Source: Cyanophyceae cyanobacterium
GTDB lineage: Bacteria > Cyanobacteriota > Cyanobacteriia > Cyanobacteriales > JBHJGN01
NCBI GenBank assembly: GCA_050331735.1
Contig: JBHJGN010000058.1
Coordinates: 1-61,974, forward strand
DNA: 61,974 nucleotides
Reading direction: 5' to 3'
Positions 53,523-61,834 of this stretch are shown one piece after another. A program made the translations under genes and the position numbers. The first letter of the stretch is position 1. Each line of letters begins with the position of its first letter. The notes under the pieces were generated by a model, which did not search any database, was not told the origin of the DNA, and saw only the letters and a program-made list of their open reading frames with translations.

Positions 53523-55319
53523 ATGCAACTGCGATACTCGCCGCGCCGGACCAAAATTGTTGCCACGATTGGACCTGCTACCGCCCAACCAGAGGTTCTT
53601 CGCCAGCTCATTCAAGCTGGAGCAACCACTCTGCGACTGAACTTCTCTCACGGAACCCATGAAGATCACCAACGCAGTATTCGCCTGATTCGGCAAACGG
53701 CGTTTGAACTGAATCAGCCAGTCGGCATTCTGCAAGACCTCCAGGGACCGAAGATTCGCCTCGGTAAATTTGCCTGTGGCTCGATTGTTCTCAAAAATGG
53801 CGATCGCTTTACCCTCACCAGCCGTCAAGTAGAGTGTACCCAAGAAATTAGCTACATCAGCTACGAACGCCTTGCGGAGGAAGTTCCCCCAGGAGCTAAG
53901 ATTCTGCTTGACGATGGCAAGGTAGAGATGCAGGTAGAGGAAGTGGACTTAACCCAGCAAAACTTGCACTGTCGCGTCGTTGTCGGTGGTTCTCTGTCAA
54001 GCAACAAAGGCGTTAATTTCCCAGGCGTTTATCTCTCTGTGCGCGCTTTAACCGCGAAAGATCGTACAGATTTAATGTTCGGACTCGACCAAGGGGTAGA
54101 CTGGGTAGCGCTTAGCTTTGTTCGCAACCCCCAAGACATGCTGGAAATTAAGGATCTAATTGCTAGCGCGGGTAAATCGGTTCCCGTCATTGCCAAAATT
54201 GAGAAACACGAAGCCATTGAGCAAATGGAAGCCGTGCTTTCTCTGTGTGATGGCGTGATGGTCGCCAGAGGAGACTTGGGAGTTGAACTACCAGCCGAAG
54301 ATGTCCCGATTCTGCAAAAGCGACTGATTGCAACGGCAAATCAGCTTGGCATCCCCGTGATTACCGCGACGCAGATGTTAGACAGCATGGTTAACAATCC
54401 GCGCCCGACTCGGGCGGAAGTTTCTGACGTAGCGAACGCGATTCTAGACGGGACGGATGCCGTCATGTTGTCTAACGAAACGGCAGTGGGTAAGTACCCG
54501 ATTGAAGCGGTAGCGACAATGGCGCGGGTGGCAAGGCGCATCGAGCAAGAACCAACCAACGTTGAGCAGATGGAGTCTCCGCAGCGGACGATTCCCAATG
54601 CCATTTCTGGAGCCGTGAGTAAAATTGCTGAGCAGCTTGATGCTGCCGCGATTATGACGCTCACTAAGACAGGAGCTACGGCTCGGAACGTGTCTAAATT
54701 CCGTCCCCGCACTCCTATTTTAGCCGTTACCCCCCACGTTGATGTCTCTCGTCAGCTTCAGCTTGTTTGGGGAGTGAAGCCGCTGTTGGTGCTGGATTTG
54801 CCTTCTACTAGCCAAACGTTTCAGGCGGCAATCAACGTCGCTCAAGAGAATGATTTACTGGCTGAGAGGGATTTAGTTGTGATGACGGCAGGCACTCTTC
54901 AGGGAGTTCCTGGTTCTACGGATTTAATCAAGGTAGAGGTGGTCACCGCCGTCCTCGGGCAAGGATTAGGCATTGGTCAGAGCGCTGTCAGCGGACGAGC
55001 GCGAGTTGCTCATCATGCCAGCGACATTGGCAACTTTAGTACGGGAGAGATTTTAGTCGCGCCAGCCACAAACGCCGAATTTGTGGACGTGATTCGCAAA
55101 GCTGCCGGAATTATTACCGAAGAAGCGAGCCTAACCAGCCATGCAGCCGTGTTGGGTTTACGCTTAGGAGTTCCGGTCATTGTTGGCTTTGAGCAGGCTA
55201 CTCAAGCGATTCGGGAGGGAGCCATCGTCACCCTCGATGCTCAGCGCGGGTTGGTCTATTCCGGCACGATGACAAGAAGTGCTGGGAACGGGAGACCGTT
55301 ACCGCTACCAACTCAATGA
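53523..55319 (+). CDS. pyk: Pyruvate kinase with C-terminal PEP-utilising mobile domain
   Basis: RRTKIVATIGP, RLNFSHG, DLQGPKIR, IAKIE, MVARGDLGVE, TATQMLDSM and a C-terminal TSHAAV motif. The ATG at 53523 is preferred over the track start at 53496. Confidence 0.96.
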   Translation: MQLRYSPRRTKIVATIGPATAQPEVLRQLIQAGATTLRLNFSHGTHEDHQRSIRLIRQTAFELNQPVGILQDLQGPKIRLGKFACGSIVLKNGDRFTLTSRQVECTQEISYISYERLAEEVPPGAKILLDDGKVEMQVEEVDLTQQNLHCRVVVGGSLSSNKGVNFPGVYLSVRALTAKDRTDLMFGLDQGVDWVALSFVRNPQDMLEIKDLIASAGKSVPVIAKIEKHEAIEQMEAVLSLCDGVMVARGDLGVELPAEDVPILQKRLIATANQLGIPVITATQMLDSMVNNPRPTRAEVSDVANAILDGTDAVMLSNETAVGKYPIEAVATMARVARRIEQEPTNVEQMESPQRTIPNAISGAVSKIAEQLDAAAIMTLTKTGATARNVSKFRPRTPILAVTPHVDVSRQLQLVWGVKPLLVLDLPSTSQTFQAAINVAQENDLLAERDLVVMTAGTLQGVPGSTDLIKVEVVTAVLGQGLGIGQSAVSGRARVAHHASDIGNFSTGEILVAPATNAEFVDVIRKAAGIITEEASLTSHAAVLGLRLGVPVIVGFEQATQAIREGAIVTLDAQRGLVYSGTMTRSAGNGRPLPLPTQ

Positions 55320-55344
55320 CTGTGTCGCAGGCGTAAGAAAAGCG

Positions 55345-55472
55345 GTAAAAGGGGAAAGGGGAAAGGGGAAGGGGTAAAGGGGAAATAAATCAGCTTGTTC
55401 CTTAGCCCTGTGTTCTTTTCCCGTCCCGCTAGGGACAGATTTCCCTTCTCCCCTTTCCCGTCCCGGAGGGAC
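55345..55472. repeat. Composite purine/pyrimidine repeat between convergent pyk and TPR genes
   Basis: (GGGGAAA)n arm, core AAATAAATCAGCTTGTTCCTTAGCCCTGTG, and hairpins GTCCC-GCTA-GGGAC (55423-55436) and GTCCC-GGA-GGGAC (55460-55472). Confidence 0.88.
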
Positions 55473-55474
55473 TT

Positions 55475-58400
55475 CTATCCTTCAATCAGTTGCCAAAATC
55501 GCTCGGTTTGAGAAATGGTTTCAAAATCGGGGTCTGTTCTGGCTTCTTCTCGAAGACTAGCATCTTTCTCAATGGCTTGCCTTAAGTTATCAAAGGCGGA
55601 TTGGGCCTGGTTTTGTAGAGCATGACAAATGGCTTTATTGTAGTAGGCACGGGCGTAGTCGGGATTAATCTCTATCGCTCGGTCAAAGCTTTCAATGGCT
55701 TCTTTGTCTCGCTCTAGCTTGATCAGGGTATCGCCTCTGCGGTTCCAGGCTTGATAGAAATCTGGTTTAGCGGCTGCTGCTTTGTCGAAGGAAGCTACCG
55801 CCTCTTCGTACCGCTCTAGCATATCTAACGCCATACCGCGATTCATCCAGGCGATCGCATCATCGGGTTTAATCTGCACAGCCCGATCGAAAGATTGAAA
55901 TGCTTCCTCGTGGCGCTGCAAGCTTCCCAGTACCGCGCCGCGATCCACCCAGGCTTGGTGAAACTCCGGATTAATTTCTAGCGCTCGATCGAAGGAGGCG
56001 ATCGCCTCGTCGGTGCGCTTGAGTCGGCGCAGCATCATGCCTCGATTCAGCCACGCCGTCTGATTGTCGGGTTCTAGCTTAACCACACGGTTGAAGGCGG
56101 CGACAGCGCCCTCGTAGCGCTTGAGTTCTTTGAGGATTAACCCCCGCTCGTACCAAAATTTCGGCTCATCCTGTAGCTCCAGCGCTCGGTCAAACGAGGC
56201 GATCGCCTCTTCATACTGCTGTGATTTGCCGAAAGCAATACCTCGCTGATACCACACCTCCGGCTGAGGCTGAAGTTCGAGCGCTCGATCGTAGGCGGCG
56301 ATCGCTTCTGGGTAACGCTCTTGACTCAATAGCTCGTTCCCCCGCTCAACGATCTCGTTGGGGTTGAGAAATAGCTGCGGATGATTCGTTTGCAGACGCT
56401 CTAGCTTTTCTGTTATGGTTTGCATTCCCTCTAAAACTTCAGCGATCGCTGATTCCACAATTGATGTTGCTGAAATTTCGGTAAGCTGCTGTAAAATTTG
56501 CTCTTTCTGTGCTTGAGCATCGGTATGTACCTGGGAGAGTTGTTCAGCCAGTTTATTCTCTAAATTACTAACTTTTTGCAAAATTTGTGTTCTACGCTCT
56601 TGCAAGGTGGACCGAAACTCAGAAACCCCAGTCTTCAATTCGGTTTGCAGTTGTTCGAGCTGCTGAGCGAGCTGCTCTTTTTGTGCTTGAGTGTTAGTCT
56701 GCAACTGTGCAGATTGCGTTTTGGCTTCTGCTTCAAGGGTTTCCAAACGCTTGAAAGCGTCATCTTTTTTCCCTTGAATTTCGGTATTTAAGCTCGCCGC
56801 TTGTTCATTGACTTCATTGGTTAGAGTTTCTAACTGCTGGAAAGTATTACTCTTTCTCTCTTGAATCTCGGTATCTAAGCTCGCCACCCGCGCCTTAACT
56901 TCATCAGAGAGGGTGGTTAAGTCTTTCAACGTGTCATCCTTTTTCCCGTGAATTTCGGAGCCTAACTGAGCCACTTGCTCGACGAACTCTGTTTCAGATT
57001 GTTTGAGCTGATCTAGACTCTGTTCCTTTTGCTGCTTAATATCAGACTGAGACTGAGCAAGTTCTGCCGTAATGTTCTCACTAATCTGTTCGAGGTTTTG
57101 GAGGGTTAATGCTTGTTGCTGCTGCGCCTTTTGTTCTGCCTTGGCTTTGATGTGAGCGAGCTGAGGTGAAAAGTCCGCTTCTAGCTGCTTGATATGTTCT
57201 AGAGACATATCTCGCTGCTGTTCTACTGTTGTTGTTAATTGAGATAGCTGCGTGGAAAACTGCGTTTGCGACTGCTGCAAATCGATTAAAACAGTCTCTT
57301 TGCGTTGCTCTGCCTCCGCCTGAAGCTTGGCGAGTTCTGGCGCGAATTCAGAGCTGAGTTTCTCTAAATTTTCTAGGGTTGTATCTCGTTGCTGTTGAGC
57401 CTCGGTATGAAGTTTAGATAGTTGCGTTCCAAATTGAGCTTGAGCCTGCTGTAGTTCGGTGAAAAGGTCGTTCTGGCGTTCTTGAGCCTCTGCTTGCAGC
57501 TTAGCGAGTTCAGGCGCAAATTCAGCACTGATAGTTTCTAAATTTTGCAGCAGTTGATGGCGCTGCTGCTGAGTGTCGGCTTGCAGTTCTGAAAGCTGCA
57601 CTGAAAATTGCGTTTGCGACTGCTGGAGGAACTCTAACACCTGATTCTGGCGCTCTTGCACGTCAGCTTGCAGTTGAGTCACCGCTGGCGTAAAGTCAGC
57701 GCCAATCTTCTCGAGATTTTGCAGCATCGCGTCTTGCTGCTGCTGAGCGTTCGCTTCTAGGTGAGAGAGGCGATCGCCAAACTGCTGTGCTAACTGTTGC
57801 AGGCTGTCTAAAAGAGCCTGCTGGCGTTCTTGCATCTCGGTTTCGAGAGCGGATACTTGAGGAGTAAAGTCAGCGCTGATGGTTTCCAGGTTGCGGATCA
57901 GGGAGTCTTGCTGCTGTTGAGCGTTGGCTTGTAGCTCATCTAAATGCTTGCCAAACTGCGATCTCAGCTCGTGCAGCGAGTCTGCAAACTCTGTTGACTG
58001 GGTTTCTAGTTCTCTGCGGGACTGTTGCTTAAACTGCGCTAATTCAGACAGCAGCTTTGATACCTGAGCGCGTTTAGCATCAAGATCTTTCTGGAAGTTA
58101 GTGGCTTCACGATTAACGGTGTTGGCAACGGCTTCCGCTGATTGCAGGAGCGTTTCTACTCTTTGATTGGAGCGTTCGATTTGACCTTCTAAATCGGTGC
58201 GCTGATTGAGATGGACGCGCACTAAATCCGCCACCTCTCGAATGACAGCTCGTCGCAGCAGCCATAGGGCGGCGATCGCGGCTCCCACCAGCAGCACTAG
58301 AGTGGATAAGAGAATCAGGAGGAGAATTGTTGCCTGAGTTTGCGCCTGGGTTTGTGCCTGTTCTGGGCGCACCTCAGAGGGGGTTTGCGCGAGGACAGGA

Positions 58401-58489
58401 GGTGAAGTCGGAGTAATGGCGATCCCAATCGCTAGCGCTAGGGCAGACTGACTAGACAACACCAGTTGAAATCGTTTGCGCTTCATCAA
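55475..58489 (-). CDS. Membrane-anchored coiled-coil plus TPR-repeat protein
   Basis: Signal-like N-terminus and a TM helix, ~600 aa of Q/E/L-rich coiled coil, and about eight TPRs (AIASFDRALEINP type). Confidence 0.9.
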   Translation of the reverse strand: MMKRKRFQLVLSSQSALALAIGIAITPTSPPVLAQTPSEVRPEQAQTQAQTQATILLLILLSTLVLLVGAAIAALWLLRRAVIREVADLVRVHLNQRTDLEGQIERSNQRVETLLQSAEAVANTVNREATNFQKDLDAKRAQVSKLLSELAQFKQQSRRELETQSTEFADSLHELRSQFGKHLDELQANAQQQQDSLIRNLETISADFTPQVSALETEMQERQQALLDSLQQLAQQFGDRLSHLEANAQQQQDAMLQNLEKIGADFTPAVTQLQADVQERQNQVLEFLQQSQTQFSVQLSELQADTQQQRHQLLQNLETISAEFAPELAKLQAEAQERQNDLFTELQQAQAQFGTQLSKLHTEAQQQRDTTLENLEKLSSEFAPELAKLQAEAEQRKETVLIDLQQSQTQFSTQLSQLTTTVEQQRDMSLEHIKQLEADFSPQLAHIKAKAEQKAQQQQALTLQNLEQISENITAELAQSQSDIKQQKEQSLDQLKQSETEFVEQVAQLGSEIHGKKDDTLKDLTTLSDEVKARVASLDTEIQERKSNTFQQLETLTNEVNEQAASLNTEIQGKKDDAFKRLETLEAEAKTQSAQLQTNTQAQKEQLAQQLEQLQTELKTGVSEFRSTLQERRTQILQKVSNLENKLAEQLSQVHTDAQAQKEQILQQLTEISATSIVESAIAEVLEGMQTITEKLERLQTNHPQLFLNPNEIVERGNELLSQERYPEAIAAYDRALELQPQPEVWYQRGIAFGKSQQYEEAIASFDRALELQDEPKFWYERGLILKELKRYEGAVAAFNRVVKLEPDNQTAWLNRGMMLRRLKRTDEAIASFDRALEINPEFHQAWVDRGAVLGSLQRHEEAFQSFDRAVQIKPDDAIAWMNRGMALDMLERYEEAVASFDKAAAAKPDFYQAWNRRGDTLIKLERDKEAIESFDRAIEINPDYARAYYNKAICHALQNQAQSAFDNLRQAIEKDASLREEARTDPDFETISQTERFWQLIEG

Positions 58490-58576
58490 GTCTTCCTCTC
58501 TAACGTTGTTTGCGATCGCCTATTTCTAGATTAATTAAAATTATATTCAAGTTATGTAAGTCTCCAGGATTGACGA

Positions 58577-59218
58577 ATGCTATTAGAACTGAAGCGCATT
58601 ACGGTTGCTCCCGGGCAGCGGGTTCTGCTCCACGACACTAGCTGGCCAGACTTTGAAGCAATTTTAGAGGATTTGGGAGAACATCGCGCCTCTAGAGTAG
58701 CTTACGACAATGGAACGTTAGAAATCATGACCCCGCTGCCGGAACATGAAAAAAACAAAGAAACAATTGGAGATTTAATCAAAGCTCTTCTAGAAGAATT
58801 AGATGTGGAGTTTTGTCCGTTAGGTTCGACCACATTCAAAAAAACGACAGTGAGCAAAGGAATCGAGCCGGATAACTGTTTCTACATCCAAAATGAAGCG
58901 GCAGTTAGAGGCAAAAATCGATTAGATTTAACGGTCGATCCTCCCCCAGACTTGGCATCAGAGATCGATATTACCTCGCGCACTCATCCGAGTATTTACG
59001 AAGCGCTAGGAGTGCCTGAACTGTGGCGATTTGAAGCAGAGCAACTCCAGATTAATGTGCTTCAAGAAGGCAAGTATGTAGAGTGCGAGTATAGCCCTAA
59101 TTTTCCGAATCTACCTCTGCGTGAGGCCATTCTTGACTATTTGCAGCAAAGTAGAACCCTTGGCAGAAATAAGGCGATGAAGGCTTTTCGCGCTTGGGTG
59201 AGAGGGTTCAACAGCTAG
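58577..59218 (+). CDS. Uma2-family (DUF820) endonuclease-like protein
   Basis: LEIMTPLPEHE, GSTTF, EPDNCFYI, PPPDLASEID and LGVPELWRF motifs. Confidence 0.93.
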   Translation: MLLELKRITVAPGQRVLLHDTSWPDFEAILEDLGEHRASRVAYDNGTLEIMTPLPEHEKNKETIGDLIKALLEELDVEFCPLGSTTFKKTTVSKGIEPDNCFYIQNEAAVRGKNRLDLTVDPPPDLASEIDITSRTHPSIYEALGVPELWRFEAEQLQINVLQEGKYVECEYSPNFPNLPLREAILDYLQQSRTLGRNKAMKAFRAWVRGFNS

Positions 59219-59319
59219 CTTTACCAGAGGCCAATATATAACTCGGCATCAGCGTATGTTTCGCCCCTCCGGTGCAAGGTTTGTTAGTCCTCGTGGCACC
59301 GCAAGATGCTCCAAGAAGA

Positions 59320-59568
59320 TTAACTGGCTTGTGCTAAAGAGCGCACAGTAAGGATTTCGTCGGCACGTAAGGCTTCTACAGCAGATACTGGAACAGCTAC
59401 CACCGCGATAGACTCCCCCACTGCGTTAAATACCTCCAACACGCATCCGTCTTCTCCACCTGTGGGATGAGAAACAAAATCTATTAAAGTGGCAATATCA
59501 CCTGCTCTAAGCTGGTGTTCTGGTACATTGCGGGTGAGAGCAACTTCCTGATATAGCTCAAGTGTCAT
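59320..59568 (-). CDS. DUF4926 domain protein (putative antitoxin/immunity partner)
   Basis: MTLELYQEVALTRNVPEHQLRAGDIATLID...LEVFNAVGESIAVVAV. The ATG at 59568 overlaps the upstream gene's end. Confidence 0.8.
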   Translation of the reverse strand: MTLELYQEVALTRNVPEHQLRAGDIATLIDFVSHPTGGEDGCVLEVFNAVGESIAVVAVPVSAVEALRADEILTVRSLAQAS

Positions 59569-59899
59569 AGCGAGACTCCTTGCGAGGTTTGAGAGTGACA
59601 AACTGAAACTTACTGTCAATCTGTCGCTGTAGCCAAATGGTAGTCACCGATAAGTTCACTCTATTATTACCGATTAGCTCTCCTTCAACCTGATAGAAGG
59701 TGCCGTATTCATTAGTTCTATCTTCTACCGCTTCGCCTGACTCAACAACTGCCTGGATATCTGTCCGCAATGCTTCTGGGTTCTCTAGGGTAAATCCAGC
59801 TTGTGCCAGAAATTTAGATTTGTCATTTCTTGCCTTGTATACCAACAAATAGCGAGTCAATTTATCATTTGGGACGATCGCATCGGCAGGAATTCTCAC
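59558..59899 (-). CDS. DUF6883 domain protein (putative toxin)
   Basis: KLTRYLL...DKSKFLAQAGF...NEYGTFYQVEG...VTTIW...FVTLKP. Confidence 0.8.
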   Translation of the reverse strand: MRIPADAIVPNDKLTRYLLVYKARNDKSKFLAQAGFTLENPEALRTDIQAVVESGEAVEDRTNEYGTFYQVEGELIGNNRVNLSVTTIWLQRQIDSKFQFVTLKPRKESRYDT

Positions 59900-60488
59900 A
59901 TTGACACCTCATATCCCCCTAGATAACCGTCTAGCATGCTCATGCGATCGCTCGATGGGGACTTTATTTGTTGAGCGGCGATTTCTAATTGCTGAACGTG
60001 GATTGGAGCAACAGCCAAGGCGATCGCCTTTAAAATTAGGCTGGTCAGTTTCTTGTTGAAATTTTATTTTAAGTCTTGTCAATAGGGAGCTTTATGTTTC
60101 AGCAATAATCGTTAAGCTCAAATTAAATGCACTATTAATTGAGGCGATCGCCACTAAAATTTAGTCGTCGGTCAATCTGGATAATAAATGAAAAGTGACG
60201 CAGCATACTTTTCTGGCCTTTAGATGCCTCTTCAGTTTTTATGACAATTGAAGCTTGAGTCCGGAATGCGATCGCCTGAGCCTGTAGCTGTTAATATCTC
60301 GGCATGAAAGAGAGCGTTCTCAGAAAACAATTCCAATATTGTTCAAGAGCAGTTAGAGAGGCTGTACTGTGATGCCGTCTTACATTTTAGTTGTTTGTTG
60401 ATGGTTGACTGTCCTCTGCCGATTTCACTTGCAAATCTTATTAGCTTGGGGAACTGTAAAATGGAGTTCTTACTTCTCATAAATTGAT

Positions 60489-60929
60489 ATGGCAGCGGAA
60501 CAGGACGTAAAAAAATATCTGGCTCACTGGTTTCAGTTAGGTAAAAAAGTTTCTCTTCAGAATGGCAAAGAAACCTTATCGCCTCAATCTGTGATTCAAG
60601 GCGATCGCTACTCAGCAGAATTTGAGCAGTGCTGGCAGCGCGTTCTTGATGCTGATAGCAAGGATTGCTACCTAGAAGGAACCGACCAGACCATTCAAGA
60701 ACTGCTCTCAGACCAGTGGGACATCAATTCCTGCGCTCGATGCAGCATGCCCATTCCTATGAAGACGATGGGAATGCCGCCTCTCGACTGTCCCTGTAGC
60801 GATTTAAATAACTGGCCCAACACCGAACTGCCCGCTCCGCGATCGCCCGTCGATAGTTCAGCGCGGCTTAACACCATTCGGCAGCGACTCAACAAAGCGC
60901 CGCAGGCGCGGGAAAAGGGGAAAGGGTAA
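60489..60929 (+). CDS. Conserved cyanobacterial hypothetical protein with CxxC/CxC motifs
   Basis: YLAHWFQLGK, CYLEGTDQTI, CARC, CPC and WPNTELP motifs. Confidence 0.82.
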   Translation: MAAEQDVKKYLAHWFQLGKKVSLQNGKETLSPQSVIQGDRYSAEFEQCWQRVLDADSKDCYLEGTDQTIQELLSDQWDINSCARCSMPIPMKTMGMPPLDCPCSDLNNWPNTELPAPRSPVDSSARLNTIRQRLNKAPQAREKGKG

Positions 60930-61066
60930 GGGGGAAAGCGCCGCAGGCGCGGGAAAAGGGGAAAGGGTAAGGGGGAAAGGGGAAATAAATCAGCTTATTC
61001 CTTAGCCCTGTGTTTTTGTCCCGTTCCGGAGGAACTATTTACCCCTTTCCCGTTCCGCAGGGACTG
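60894..61066. repeat. Composite purine/pyrimidine repeat between convergent genes, including a 41-bp tandem duplication
   Basis: GCGCCGCAGGCGC at 60897 and 60938; core AAATAAATCAGCTTATTCCTTAGCCCTGTG; hairpins GTTCC-GGA-GGAAC (61023-61035) and GTTCC-GCA-GGGAC (61052-61064). Confidence 0.88.
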
Positions 61067-61686
61067 ACCTTAACCCGGTACAGCAGCTTATCCCCTTGAC
61101 GATAACCTGCGTAGCGAACTTTGACCTGTTCTCCTGGTTCAGCGGTGCCTTCGATGAGCTGATGCCGCTGCGGATCGTAGGCGACTGTTTCGCCAACAGC
61201 GGCAATTTTCGTGACTCCCCACTGCTGAAGTAACTGTTCGACGGGTTTAACCAGGGGCAGCAATCTTACTGCCGGAAGCTGAGGATTGTTTTCCGCCGCC
61301 GCTGCTGCCGTGGGCCACTGCAATAGCCACGATTCTAACGTCTGTAGGCTATTTGCCTGAAACTCTTGCAGGAGTTCTTCTCGCTGGTGTTGCATCTGCT
61401 GCTGGAGTCGCTGATACTCCTGTTTGAGAGCTTTCTCGTGCTCTTGCTGAGGGTCAGCAACATCAAAGTGAGACAGGAGTTGACTCAGCGAAATCTGCAA
61501 AGCTTGAGCCACCTTGAGCAAGGTTTCTACCGACATCTTGGGCAGTAACCCATATTGCAGGCGAATAATTTGGAGCTCAGGAACCCCGGCTAGTTCGCTA
61601 AGCTGTTTGATGCTGTTAATTCCCGCCTGCTGCATTAGCTGTTGCAGTTGGTCGTGCTTACGGGGATAGGACTCACTCATACTCAA
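61039..61686 (-). CDS. XRE/Cro-type HTH fused to a GrpE-like C-terminal domain
   Basis: N-terminal HTH (IKQLSELAGV...LLKVAQAL), a coiled coil, then VGETVAYDPQRHQ...VKVRYAGYRQGDKLL. Confidence 0.8.
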   Translation of the reverse strand: MSMSESYPRKHDQLQQLMQQAGINSIKQLSELAGVPELQIIRLQYGLLPKMSVETLLKVAQALQISLSQLLSHFDVADPQQEHEKALKQEYQRLQQQMQHQREELLQEFQANSLQTLESWLLQWPTAAAAAENNPQLPAVRLLPLVKPVEQLLQQWGVTKIAAVGETVAYDPQRHQLIEGTAEPGEQVKVRYAGYRQGDKLLYRVKVSPCGTGKG

Positions 61687-61834
61687 GAATTGGCGATCGC
61701 TGATACTTCATTATCCTCTGTCCGAGATACGCCAATTTCGGTTCGTTGATATTTGTTTATAGCCCGGGTTATGGATTCGGTTTAATGAGTTCCATTCTTA
61801 GCTCAAAGAGCGTTAGTTAGCGGTTAGTGGCTAA

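Larger units (their letters stand above)
1129..61700. repeat. HIP1 octamer GCGATCGC dispersed throughout the window
   Basis: Dozens of GCGATCGC sites occur in coding and non-coding DNA (e.g. 59944, 60020, 60144, 60268), typical of many cyanobacteria. Confidence 0.92.

Noticed and set aside
60894..60980. 41-bp direct repeat as a possible CRISPR array
   Set aside because: There are only two adjacent copies with no unique spacers and no cas genes. It is part of the composite repeat.
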